A stretch of 64,000 bases of DNA, from positions 2,432,001 to 2,496,000 of the forward strand of contig OY782781.1 of the NCBI GenBank assembly GCA_963678315.1. The letters are read 5' to 3'. The notes beneath the pieces were generated by a model, which searched no databases, was not told where the DNA came from, and saw nothing but the letters and a program-made list of their open reading frames with translations. Each line of letters starts with the position of its first letter. Position 1 is the first letter of the stretch. Origin of the DNA: Candidatus Cloacimonadales bacterium (lineage in GTDB: Bacteria > Cloacimonadota > Cloacimonadia > Cloacimonadales > JAFGVF01). Made by a program: the position numbers and the translations under genes. This document shows, in pieces, positions 10,732 through 20,181 of this stretch.

Positions 10732-12468
10732 TTGAAAAAAAAGAAAATATTGAAAAAGGGAGAACTTAAGAACGTAGAAGTGGAATTAGTATCTCTGCTA
10801 TTTGATGATATGACTCCTGCTAATCAGAAAGGCTTTGTAATAAAGTCTGCTAATGGTAAGAGCTATCGCATCAAAGGTTCTTCCAAGAAGTTTAAGAGTG
10901 AAACCAAAGGTACACAAGGAAGACTATATGTCACTCTTATGGAACCACAAGTAGAAGATGCACAAGGTGATTTCTACTCCGAAGATGAAATCCAAAAAGC
11001 TTGTGACTACTTCTCTAAGCATGGAATGGTAGGTAAAAATGATATTAATCATAATAACCATCCTGTTGCTGATTTCAGTGTTGCTGAGAACTACATCCTA
11101 AAGACTGCTGATGAAGACCACTTTCCTGATGTAAAGGTTGGTGCTTGGGTGCAAGTTCTAAAGTGTAATGACCTAGCATCTCCACTATGGAAGAAAGTCG
11201 AAAAAGGTGACTTTAACGGTGTGTCTATCTATGGTAGAGCTGATGATTTAGGAGAGACTTCTGCTACATTGAAGGCTATTAGAGAAGAGCTTGCTGGTCT
11301 TAAAGAACTGCAAAAGTCTATGAAAGAAACACAAGGTAGAGAAGAACTTCAAACAGCCATCAATGAACTTGAATCTAAAGTTGTAGATTTAGAAAAGAGC
11401 ATTGGTGATTCTACTATCAGAGAAGCTGTTAAGAGTATTGAAAAATCACTATCTAACCTTTCAACAACTATGAACAGAGCTATATCTAAATCTATCAAAG
11501 GAGAACCAGATGATTCTCATGGAGATAGAGAAGTTGTAATTAGTGGTGAAAAGGTATTAGTTAAAGCATCTCATAGAGATATCTATAAAGGTATTGCTGA
11601 TGTTGATTCAGGCAGAAAGATGAACATTCTAACACCTAATACAACATCACTCTTTATTGATGAAGTGGTTGGCTCAAAGCCAGGAGATACTTTAACAGAT
11701 ATTTCTGTTATACCATTACTTAAAGATGAGAGTATTGATGTTGGATTGATTGAAGATTTGATTTTCAAGAATCAGCTTGATGGTGCTTTATCAGCTCAAG
11801 ATGTATCATCAGCAGATATGCAATGCCCAACAGGTATCTTAAATGCTGAGTTTACTCTTGGTCGTGAGATTGTTGAGTTCTATAAAGATAAGTACGGCGA
11901 AGATGCTTTCGGTGCTTATGTAGAACAACATATTGCTAAGAAAGCAGAAAAAGCTATTCGATTGTTACTTTTCAAAGGTGACAGAACATCTTCCACAGCT
12001 AAGTTAAAAGCTCTTAATGGTATTATCAAACTAGCAACAACAAACACAGATATCACATCTATCAACCCTACTAACTTTGCAGAGTGGTCAGAACGCTTTG
12101 AACAAACTCTTCTTGCCTTTACTGATGAGATGTTAGAAGAGCAAGAAAACTTCAAGATTTATGTGGCTCATAAAGACCTCATTCGCATCAGAACAGAACT
12201 TGGCAAACGTGAGACTAATAAAGGCGATAAGCTACTTCTTGAAGGTGGTAAAGTATCATTCGCTGGTATTCCTGTTAAGGCTAGATTGATGCCAGACAAC
12301 TATATCGTAGTAGGACTAACCAAGTTTATCATCATCGGCTATCGTACAGATGCTGAATTAAAAGTGGAACATCATGGCTCAGACTGGAAATACCACTGGT
12401 ATATCAGAATCAGACCTGGCATCACCTATGTTCCTAATTTTGTAAAAATCTACCAATTAACCGAATAG
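10732..12468 (+). CDS. Fused XkdF-like prohead protease / scaffold coiled coil / major capsid protein
   Basis: N-terminal VELVSL...PAN and EPQVEDAQGDFYSEDEIQKA...NH...KGDFNGVSIYG (XkdF-like); central heptad region; C-terminal capsid-like LLFKGD...LKALNGIIK...FAGIPV. TTG start after AGGAGG. Confidence 0.8.
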   Translation: MKKKKILKKGELKNVEVELVSLLFDDMTPANQKGFVIKSANGKSYRIKGSSKKFKSETKGTQGRLYVTLMEPQVEDAQGDFYSEDEIQKACDYFSKHGMVGKNDINHNNHPVADFSVAENYILKTADEDHFPDVKVGAWVQVLKCNDLASPLWKKVEKGDFNGVSIYGRADDLGETSATLKAIREELAGLKELQKSMKETQGREELQTAINELESKVVDLEKSIGDSTIREAVKSIEKSLSNLSTTMNRAISKSIKGEPDDSHGDREVVISGEKVLVKASHRDIYKGIADVDSGRKMNILTPNTTSLFIDEVVGSKPGDTLTDISVIPLLKDESIDVGLIEDLIFKNQLDGALSAQDVSSADMQCPTGILNAEFTLGREIVEFYKDKYGEDAFGAYVEQHIAKKAEKAIRLLLFKGDRTSSTAKLKALNGIIKLATTNTDITSINPTNFAEWSERFEQTLLAFTDEMLEEQENFKIYVAHKDLIRIRTELGKRETNKGDKLLLEGGKVSFAGIPVKARLMPDNYIVVGLTKFIIIGYRTDAELKVEHHGSDWKYHWYIRIRPGITYVPNFVKIYQLTE

Positions 12469-12477
12469 GAGTAAAAC

Positions 12478-12678
12478 ATGTGGAAATGGATCCTAAAACA
12501 AGCTATTAAAGCACTTGCAGAACCAATCGTAGATGCTGTTATTTTAGGTCTTGAACAACTTGCTTCTCGCACAGGCAATACTGTTGATGACCAGTTCGTT
12601 GCTAAGTTCAAAGAGTTTAGAGAAACCATTATTGGTTTTATCTTAGCTAACACAGACAAGATTGTTAAATCTAGCTAG
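12478..12678 (+). CDS. Small amphipathic phage protein
   Basis: AGGAG RBS; 66 aa; lies inside the operon. Confidence 0.6.
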   Translation: MWKWILKQAIKALAEPIVDAVILGLEQLASRTGNTVDDQFVAKFKEFRETIIGFILANTDKIVKSS

Positions 12679-12686
12679 AGGTAGTG

Positions 12687-13232
12687 ATGGGATTAACTAA
12701 ACCAACACTACCTGCTGGTTTAAGTTCAGGGGATCTAGCCGATCTCCTGAACCAGATTGGCAAGGTAGATATTTATAACATTTATGCATCAGTTGGTCAA
12801 ATGTCAGCTGAAGACGTAAGTCATATACTTGTATCTCAAGAAGCAATCAATGCTGAATTAGCAACAAGCTTCGAAGAGATTGGAGAACTAGCTGAAAAGC
12901 CTTTTAAAGTTGAATCTAAAACAGATAAGTTAAAGACCAGACACTATCAGTTAGAAGGCAAACGTACCAATGTAGTAACAACAACTATTGTAGGTATTTC
13001 AGAAGATAAGAAGAACTGGCTTGAAGACCAGAGTGCTGGAATGACCCAGCTTACTTTTATAGCTCTTTCCAAAGATAAGTCTCAAGCAATTCTAATTAAT
13101 GGTTGTAGATGGACTGTAGATTGGAGTGGTGAAGCTGATGGTTTATACACTCAAGAAATCACAACTGAGTTTATGGGAAAAACAACTGATAAAATTATGT
13201 TCTTCAATAGAATACCAGCAACAGTAGTTTAA
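12687..13232 (+). CDS. Putative major tail tube protein (siphovirus-like)
   Basis: Beta-rich ~180 aa protein with 'FEEIGEL' motif, upstream of the chaperone pair; ATG at 12687 (GTG at 12684 is an alternative). Confidence 0.55.
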   Translation: MGLTKPTLPAGLSSGDLADLLNQIGKVDIYNIYASVGQMSAEDVSHILVSQEAINAELATSFEEIGELAEKPFKVESKTDKLKTRHYQLEGKRTNVVTTTIVGISEDKKNWLEDQSAGMTQLTFIALSKDKSQAILINGCRWTVDWSGEADGLYTQEITTEFMGKTTDKIMFFNRIPATVV

Positions 13233-13241
13233 GGAACAATC

Positions 13242-13430
13242 ATGGATATTGATGTTAAAAAGAAAATTGATGATGTTCATAAAGAAATTTATGGTAATGG
13301 CAATTCATCAAACTCAATAGTAACAAGAATAGCAAGGATGGAAAGTACTATTAAGATACTTATGTCAGTATCATTAAGTCAGTTCGTCTTACTAATCACA
13401 ATTTCACTAAAAATGTTTATAGAAGGTTAA
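13242..13430 (+). CDS. Small membrane protein, XhlA/holin-like
   Basis: Coiled N-terminus, YGNG, and a single C-terminal hydrophobic helix. Confidence 0.5.
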   Translation: MDIDVKKKIDDVHKEIYGNGNSSNSIVTRIARMESTIKILMSVSLSQFVLLITISLKMFIEG

Positions 13431-13432
13431 TA

Positions 13433-13756
13433 ATGGATTTAAGTTATGCGAAACTTAGAAGAGTACTTTCAGTGTGTCTTAAAAATCAAACATTCCGTTT
13501 ATTTATTGAAGAGTTAATAAATAACAATGCTTCTGAAATATCAGAATTAGAGCTATTAGATTTATTGGATGAGTCAGAAGCTGATTTAGAAGTTCTTGAA
13601 ATACTAACAGATAAATCTCCTGAGACAATACCACCTGAGCAAGCAATCGATACCTTTCGTAATTTTTTTTATTCTATGAAAAACAGTTGGAAGAGGTTAC
13701 AGCCATTGCTAGAAGATTTGGGATTAAAGGTTCAGGCAGAAATACAGAAAACTTAG
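13433..13756 (+). CDS. Tail assembly chaperone (gpG-like)
   Basis: Acidic ~107 aa protein after the tail tube; contains slippery T TTT TTT at 13663-13669. Confidence 0.65.
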   Translation: MDLSYAKLRRVLSVCLKNQTFRLFIEELINNNASEISELELLDLLDESEADLEVLEILTDKSPETIPPEQAIDTFRNFFYSMKNSWKRLQPLLEDLGLKVQAEIQKT

Positions 13757-13881
13757 AAAGACTAGAAATGGCTCTAAGAAGTGTTGGATTTTCTCAAAGT
13801 GATTTTGTTGAGATGACACTACCAGAGCTATACTTACGATACTGCATTCAAGTAGAAAACATAAGGAAAAATAATGGATAG
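13663..13881 (+). CDS. gpT-like extension reached by -1 frameshift (gpGT C-terminal part)
   Basis: The -1 frame opens immediately after a TAA at 13660-13662 and reads to TAG at 13881; ends with gpT-like 'F.EMTLPELY'. Confidence 0.6.
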   Translation, partial: FFLFYEKQLEEVTAIARRFGIKGSGRNTENLERLEMALRSVGFSQSDFVEMTLPELYLRYCIQVENIRKNNG

Positions 13882-14614
13882 TATAATTGCTTGGGTTGGA
13901 GGTAAACGCCTTCTAAGAAAGAAAATAGAGACACTTATTCCTCAAGATATGAGAGGATATATTGAACCCTTTGGTGGTGCTGGATGGGTACTATTCCACA
14001 AGGAGAAATGGGCAAAGCTTGAAGTCTATAATGATTTAGACAGACGCTTAACAAACCTATTTCTGCAAGTGAAGTTTCACCCTGAAGCACTAATAGAAGA
14101 GTTCGATTATATGATTGGTTCTAGAGATATCTTTAAAGAGATAAAGAACAATCCTGGACTGACAGAACTTCAAAAAGCAGCTAGGTTTATGTTCTTAATT
14201 TCTAGAAGTTTTGGTAGTAAAGGTGACTCTTTTGCTACAGCAAGAAGCCAAGGACATGCAAAACTTACGAACAAACTAAATAGAATAAAAGATTTAAACA
14301 AAAGACTTGATGGTGTTATAGTAGAGAACCTTAGCTATGATGAGTTAATTCCAAAGTATGATACTAAGGACAACTTCTTCTATTGCGACCCACCCTATAT
14401 GATTGGCTTTAAATATGATAATGCTAAGCGCTTTGATCATCAAAAGCTCTTTAATATTCTATCAAACATCAAAGGTAGGTTCTTACTATCTTATGATGAT
14501 TGCCAGCAAGCAAGAGAACTCTATAAAGATTATACGATAGAGTCTGTTAGCAGAGTTAAAGGTATTAATCGTATGAGTGTATATATTACATATCTTTTGT
14601 CAAATATAATTTAA
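13874..14614 (+). CDS. DNA adenine methyltransferase (D12/Dam family), phage-borne; C-terminus possibly altered
   Basis: WVGGK, YIEPFGGAGWV, EVYNDLD, FFYCDPPY and FLLSYDD motifs. Confidence 0.9.
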   Translation: MDSIIAWVGGKRLLRKKIETLIPQDMRGYIEPFGGAGWVLFHKEKWAKLEVYNDLDRRLTNLFLQVKFHPEALIEEFDYMIGSRDIFKEIKNNPGLTELQKAARFMFLISRSFGSKGDSFATARSQGHAKLTNKLNRIKDLNKRLDGVIVENLSYDELIPKYDTKDNFFYCDPPYMIGFKYDNAKRFDHQKLFNILSNIKGRFLLSYDDCQQARELYKDYTIESVSRVKGINRMSVYITYLLSNII

Positions 14615-14806
14615 CCAATGTCCTATTAAATATCCGAAGTGGACTTAGATATATTATCTAATAAACTCAACGTCATTGAAATAAGTAAAGATAAGATCGT
14701 TATATATCATTAATCAATAGACATTTTGCTATTAATTAGTAACTCTTAAAGGTTTTATTCCGATACGTGTTACAAGTACTTCTCATTAGACTCAAACTCT
14801 GCAATA

Positions 14807-17194
14807 CTATTTTATCAAAAGAATCTTCTTCATGTCTGTAATATTGCCACTTCTAATCTTATAGAAATATACACCACTTGAACTATTTTTATTTGCATTA
14901 TTAGTGCCATTCCAGACAATTTCATGAACACCTTGATTAAGATTATCATTTAAAAGATTCTTTACTAACTGCCCTCTAACATTGTAGATATCAACTGTTA
15001 CTTTTCCAGGTTTAGGAATGTTAAACTGAATTGTTGTTTCTGGATTAAATGGGTTTGGATAATTAAAAGCATTTAGTTCTGAAGAAGGTAGTTCAACATT
15101 GTCATTACCTGTATAGCCTGGTGATTCAAAGCATCCTATATCAATATTTTCACCAAACATTCTAGCATTACCATATAAATCCAACTCTGGCAATTGATAC
15201 CCTTCATTAGCATATTGGCTATCCATAATTCCACCATCTATCGCGGGTGAGAAACCATTCTCGTCATCTGCAAACAAGCGATAATGCTCTTTTGTCGCTG
15301 GGTCTGTCCCAGCAAAAAGCGGATCCTGTCCAAGGATATTACCTTCATCAACTAGCATATCAGAACTATCCCATACACAGAAAATATTATCATTTTCATT
15401 TTTAGTAAAAAGATTATTTTCTAAATAGAGATCGTGACTATAACCCATATCTCTGGACTGGTTGTTAGCAAATATTGAGTTTCTTACTGATGCATTTCCA
15501 TCAAACATAACTGAGTTATCAAATTCATGATAATTATTTGCTACAGTACAATTTGAAAAGTATATTTCACTTCCCAACAGGTTTAACATCTTTGTACCAC
15601 CTAAACTACTATTATTGGCAAATAGACAATTATCCATAATAATTGTGGTTTGTGCACCTGCGTTAAACTGAACAACCCTTGCTAACGAGAAACCAGGTTC
15701 TGATTCACATACATTGTTAACAAAAGTGCTGTTTTTTATTATAGCTGTTCCAGTATCATTAGTAATGTCTAAAGCACCGTTTGATCTATAAATCCAATCA
15801 TCATTAGGGTCATTATAACAATCTTGAATTGTCAAATTATCAATTACAATATCTTCTCCCCATAATCTTAATCCATACTCAGAGTATAATGCATGAATAT
15901 TTCTTAGGGTAACATCTTCAATTCTCATAGTTGCATCAGGTCCTGAAATGTAGAAATTACTAAATTCTATAACACTATCTTCTATTACAACATTCTTAAT
16001 TAAACAATCATATACTCTCCATGCAAAAAAGCTATTAGCCATGTTAGTAGTTATAGAAAGGTCACAAACTGTAGGGCTGTGACTTGTATTCATAAACCCT
16101 ATTGCTGCATAACCGTAAAACATATTCTCTGCATAAATCTTCGTTTGAGATGGAGATAGACCTTTCAATATAGTATATTCTTTAACAGATATTGGAAGAT
16201 ATTCTCCCTGAATATAATTGTGATGTTCCCCTGCCAAGAGATGTACGGTATTAGGGTTTGATGGATTTGACATAATCCTCTGCATTGCTAAAGAGGGCGT
16301 TTTCAGTGCAGAGTTTGGAGATAAACCACTATTGTTATCATTTCCAACTGGAGAAACATATAAATCACAATCAACTTCCTCTAGATACGCCTCTTCGACA
16401 TCAAAGACCTCATAAGGAGAAGATTCTGGGATATTATCTTCATCTCTTTCATACCAATCAGCAAAATATCTATCATAACCCGATTTAGTGAATTTATTTA
16501 AGTAAATTTCTCCATCAAAATCATGTGTACTACTCCAATAAATATCCATCCCCCAATTAGCAAAGTTGTTGTAAATGCTACATCTATTATTTTGAGAGAA
16601 AGTTACTCCATAAGCTTCATCAAGCTTGCCTAAAATTAATAATCCTCCCCCTCTCCATCTTGCAATGTTGTCGTATATATTCACGTTTTCAAGTGTTACG
16701 GTAGAAGAATAGGCAATAGCTACCCCTCCTCCTCCACTTGCTCTATTATTGTAAATGTTCAAGTTCCTTAAATCAAGAGAACAATGCATATATATATATA
16801 TGCCCCCACCAAGCACATTATGTGGCTGACCGTCGAACACATATCCTGTCCCTCCTGTTATAGATAACCCCTGAATGGTGCATGTACTTGTGTTTTCATG
16901 GCAACTTATCGTTGCACCAATATTATTACTGCCATCAATAACAGTTGATGAGATATATTCTTCATTGCCTGTCAAAATTTCTAATGATGCTAAAGTCAAA
17001 CCACTTAGTCCTGTTAATTCCAAATTTTCATGATAATGCCCTGGATAAACCAATATAGTATCACCAAACACTGCTTGATTAAGTGCAGTTTGTATCTCAG
17101 TATAAGGTTTTGTTCCATCTAAACTTACTTCTAACATAGCAGTAAGTTTAAGTGTAACAAAAATTATTAATAATACAGCAAAATATTTTTTCAT
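14807..17194 (-). CDS. Secreted right-handed beta-helix protein (DUF1565/Pmp-like repeats) with FlgD-Ig CTD
   Basis: Signal peptide; YTEIQTALN...GDTILVYPG; GGGIY/GGGVA repeats; LYVSPVGNDNNSG; IDIGCFE; NYPNPFNPET CTD. Confidence 0.8.
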   Translation of the reverse strand: MKKYFAVLLIIFVTLKLTAMLEVSLDGTKPYTEIQTALNQAVFGDTILVYPGHYHENLELTGLSGLTLASLEILTGNEEYISSTVIDGSNNIGATISCHENTSTCTIQGLSITGGTGYVFDGQPHNVLGGGIYIYMHCSLDLRNLNIYNNRASGGGGVAIAYSSTVTLENVNIYDNIARWRGGGLLILGKLDEAYGVTFSQNNRCSIYNNFANWGMDIYWSSTHDFDGEIYLNKFTKSGYDRYFADWYERDEDNIPESSPYEVFDVEEAYLEEVDCDLYVSPVGNDNNSGLSPNSALKTPSLAMQRIMSNPSNPNTVHLLAGEHHNYIQGEYLPISVKEYTILKGLSPSQTKIYAENMFYGYAAIGFMNTSHSPTVCDLSITTNMANSFFAWRVYDCLIKNVVIEDSVIEFSNFYISGPDATMRIEDVTLRNIHALYSEYGLRLWGEDIVIDNLTIQDCYNDPNDDWIYRSNGALDITNDTGTAIIKNSTFVNNVCESEPGFSLARVVQFNAGAQTTIIMDNCLFANNSSLGGTKMLNLLGSEIYFSNCTVANNYHEFDNSVMFDGNASVRNSIFANNQSRDMGYSHDLYLENNLFTKNENDNIFCVWDSSDMLVDEGNILGQDPLFAGTDPATKEHYRLFADDENGFSPAIDGGIMDSQYANEGYQLPELDLYGNARMFGENIDIGCFESPGYTGNDNVELPSSELNAFNYPNPFNPETTIQFNIPKPGKVTVDIYNVRGQLVKNLLNDNLNQGVHEIVWNGTNNANKNSSSGVYFYKIRSGNITDMKKILLIK

Positions 17195-17220
17195 AGTTTC
17201 CCCTCTCCTAAATATATTTA

Positions 17221-17243
17221 GGGCTAACCTAATAGGCTAGCCC
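17221..17243. terminator. Intergenic hairpin GGGCTAACCT-AAT-AGGCTAGCCC
   Basis: Inverted repeat between two co-oriented genes; may be a terminator or an mRNA stabiliser. Confidence 0.45.
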
Positions 17244-17269
17244 ACAATTATTAATTATACATTAAAATT

Positions 17270-19765
17270 CTATTTCATTAGGACCATTTTCTTAGTTACT
17301 ATAGAATGAAGTGTTTTAATTCTAGTGAAATAAACTCCAGAAGCAACAGATTGTCCATAATTATTTTTTCCCTTCCAAACGATACTATGAACACCAGCTA
17401 TAAGTTCTTCATTAACAAGTGTTTTTACTAATTGACCTTTAATGTTATATATCGCTAGATTAACCATGCTATTCTTTGGATTATTAAAACTAATCGTAGT
17501 TTCTGGATTGAATGGATTTGGATAATTATTTATGGTTAAATGATTTATTACGGGAACATTAATGTCTGATTCTTGGTTATCTTGACCGAAGATAAGTCTA
17601 TAATAATCATTGCCACCCTTAACAATTCTGTTAACAGGTACAAACTCATTTGTAACCTCATTAAATAGATTAAACCCAACTTTTAAACTACTTCTGTCAC
17701 TACTCCAAGCTCTGATTTCCATCTCTGTAGCATCTTCTAACTCTATTATATATCCTGGAATCATTACTAAATCATTATCTACTACAACGGCTCCTTTACA
17801 TATATCATCAGCAAATACTGCAATTTCTTTTATCCCTAAAGTTGTATCAACTTCAACAAATATTGGGGTATACTCTGCTTCTGGAGTATATTGATAATAA
17901 GTAGTTGCTTTAGTGCTATAGTTTCTTGCTGGCGAGATATGATGCCATTTAAATGACTCGTCATCTGGGTCACTTGATGAAAACCTTTTTATAGATACCA
18001 TATCCCCATAACTGATACTAGGTAAAACTCCACCGATTCCCATTGGAATAACCCATGGTGAGCCTCTTTTAGGTCGTTCTCTAGTTATAGTCCAATCTTT
18101 ATGCTGAATATAGTATAGTTCATCCATATAGTCTCCAAACGCATCTGCAGGAGTTTGTGTTGCAGGAACAAAATAACCAACCCAAGTTGCTTCATCTGAA
18201 TATGTAACTTCAATTTCATCATCTAAATCAACATGGTACCCATGAAATCTATTCATTGTATCATTTTGATTGAACCTTAGTTTATATCCCCTATGAGATT
18301 TAATATCAATTGTATTACTCAAATATCCAGGATAAAATGTACCATCAAATAAGTAACTACCATTATCTACTTGTGCTTTAAATCTTAACAATGGACTAGT
18401 CATAGGATCATCATATTCAGCAAAGAAATTTGACATTATTGCATTTGATTGTGGAATATTATCAATTACAGGGAATGAAACCCAGTTGTAATCAATTCCG
18501 CTTGTAAATGAATATGTTGCGAATCTATCAAGATCATACTGAACAGCACCAATGTCATTTGTTAAATCAGATATATCGCAAGTAGAATTGCCCTCACCTT
18601 TACCAATGAGAGAAGATCCAGCTTGCAAATTAAAGTCATCGTTTGCTACATCCTCAAACATAGGCTGTGTTGTTGCAATATTGTCTAAACCTTGTAATCC
18701 AGTTGGTATGGAAGAGGCATATATACAGCAATTTGTATAAGTTGAAGAAGAAGTAATAGGGTTTCTTATGATACTATCTTTGAACTCCAAAGACATATTT
18801 TGTGGATAAAAATCATCCTGTGTTGAATCCTGTAAGAGATTACAATGGTTTAGCTTAATTTCCCAATCACTATTTGATGCATAGATAGAATTTCCGTAAA
18901 TCTCATCGTTAGTTCTACAATCGTTATTATAGAAGATTGTATTATTGAACTCTACAGTAGAATTGCCTGAGTTACCACCTGAAATTGCAACACCAGCTCC
19001 ATATGTAGATGTAACCATAGGACCAGAAGATAGTATTAATGTTTCGTTATCTTTAATAATACAATTATTTATTTTAATCAAGTTACTGGTATTAGAGCTA
19101 GTAGACCCACCAATTTTTATACCTGCTCCCTCATAATTCTTTCCATCTTGAATAGTTAAATTCTCGATAGTGATGTTGTAAGAATTGTAGATATTAATTA
19201 CCGGAGATTCATAAACACCCATAATAATTGTATCTGAAAAGTCGTTACCTCTTATTGTAAGATTTATTTTATTTTCAATATTTATTGCACCTGTATATTC
19301 ACCAGGTTGTATATAAATAATATCCCCACTAACTGCACTATCTACTTCTTGTTGAAGCTGATTAGGGCCAAAGCCTCCTGGATATTGATTAATATTATAT
19401 ATACCTATGTCACTTAAAGTTTGTCCATTTGCAACAAGTTCAATATAAACAACACCAGATCTTATCTCAGTTGTATTATTTTCATCAACACTAATTATTA
19501 CATCATAGCAACTTCCGTATAGATTGGTGTAATTATTGTTTGAATCACACCAATTGATATCATAACTCGAATAAGATGACTCACCAGCTATTAAATTTTG
19601 TCCTGTACTAATAGGTGTATCTAAATAAATCGTTACTGATAAAGTGTTTGAATCACTTCTTAGCCAATAAGGACTTCCATCCTCAATATTAATAATTTCA
19701 CTTGCTGAGTACAAATAGAGTAAATGTGTTAGTAATAATAGACTGATAAATAGAACTTTCTTCAT
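17270..19765 (-). CDS. Secreted beta-helix protein with FlgD-Ig CTD
   Basis: Signal peptide; SGDIIYIQPGEY; GAGI/GAGV; DFNLQAGS; DIGAVQY; NYPNPFNPET...KKMVLMK. Confidence 0.8.
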   Translation of the reverse strand: MKKVLFISLLLLTHLLYLYSASEIINIEDGSPYWLRSDSNTLSVTIYLDTPISTGQNLIAGESSYSSYDINWCDSNNNYTNLYGSCYDVIISVDENNTTEIRSGVVYIELVANGQTLSDIGIYNINQYPGGFGPNQLQQEVDSAVSGDIIYIQPGEYTGAINIENKINLTIRGNDFSDTIIMGVYESPVINIYNSYNITIENLTIQDGKNYEGAGIKIGGSTSSNTSNLIKINNCIIKDNETLILSSGPMVTSTYGAGVAISGGNSGNSTVEFNNTIFYNNDCRTNDEIYGNSIYASNSDWEIKLNHCNLLQDSTQDDFYPQNMSLEFKDSIIRNPITSSSTYTNCCIYASSIPTGLQGLDNIATTQPMFEDVANDDFNLQAGSSLIGKGEGNSTCDISDLTNDIGAVQYDLDRFATYSFTSGIDYNWVSFPVIDNIPQSNAIMSNFFAEYDDPMTSPLLRFKAQVDNGSYLFDGTFYPGYLSNTIDIKSHRGYKLRFNQNDTMNRFHGYHVDLDDEIEVTYSDEATWVGYFVPATQTPADAFGDYMDELYYIQHKDWTITRERPKRGSPWVIPMGIGGVLPSISYGDMVSIKRFSSSDPDDESFKWHHISPARNYSTKATTYYQYTPEAEYTPIFVEVDTTLGIKEIAVFADDICKGAVVVDNDLVMIPGYIIELEDATEMEIRAWSSDRSSLKVGFNLFNEVTNEFVPVNRIVKGGNDYYRLIFGQDNQESDINVPVINHLTINNYPNPFNPETTISFNNPKNSMVNLAIYNIKGQLVKTLVNEELIAGVHSIVWKGKNNYGQSVASGVYFTRIKTLHSIVTKKMVLMK

Positions 19766-19870
19766 AATTTCTCCTTTTTGTTTAATTTTGTAAATATTCT
19801 TTTTTCTTTTCTACGATGAATATTGTATCATCTGCAAGAACGACTGTATCATCAACTGAAATTATAGTTC

Positions 19871-20086
19871 CTAATTGTTTTCGACTACATGGTAATAAGA
19901 TCCATCAATCTCGACAACTAGGATATTTTCTTCTTCGTCATGAAATATTACATTGAACCCTTTTGAATTAAGAGCTGTTAGTTGAGCAGTTGAAATTTTA
20001 GGCAACAAGCTATATTCTTCTTGACAATAGACATTACAAGCTATAATTAGTAGAATAATTAGAATCAAAAATCTATTTTGTTTCAT
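19871..20086 (-). CDS. Small secreted protein
   Basis: AGGAGG RBS; signal peptide; first gene of the operon divergent from the ECF sigma gene. Confidence 0.65.
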   Translation of the reverse strand: MKQNRFLILIILLIIACNVYCQEEYSLLPKISTAQLTALNSKGFNVIFHDEEENILVVEIDGSYYHVVENN

Positions 20087-20181
20087 TTTTCCTCCTATAT
20101 AAAAGAGAAAAAAGTAATAGATTTTCTTCTAAGTGGTTGCTAAATTATTGGTATATATTATGATAAAGGTACAACAGTTAT

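Larger units (their letters stand above)
8283..14614 (+). mobile_element. Incomplete prophage morphogenesis module (neck, portal, protease-capsid, tail tube, chaperones, methylase)
   Basis: Eleven tightly coupled + strand ORFs with phage structural signatures; no terminase, tape measure, endolysin or integrase in the window. Confidence 0.85.

Noticed and set aside
13687..13881. Independent gene starting at TTG 13687
   Set aside because: No RBS; better explained as the -1 frameshift extension of 13433-13756.
13874..14614. Restriction-modification system
   Set aside because: No endonuclease nearby; the methylase is translationally coupled to phage genes, typical of an orphan phage methylase.
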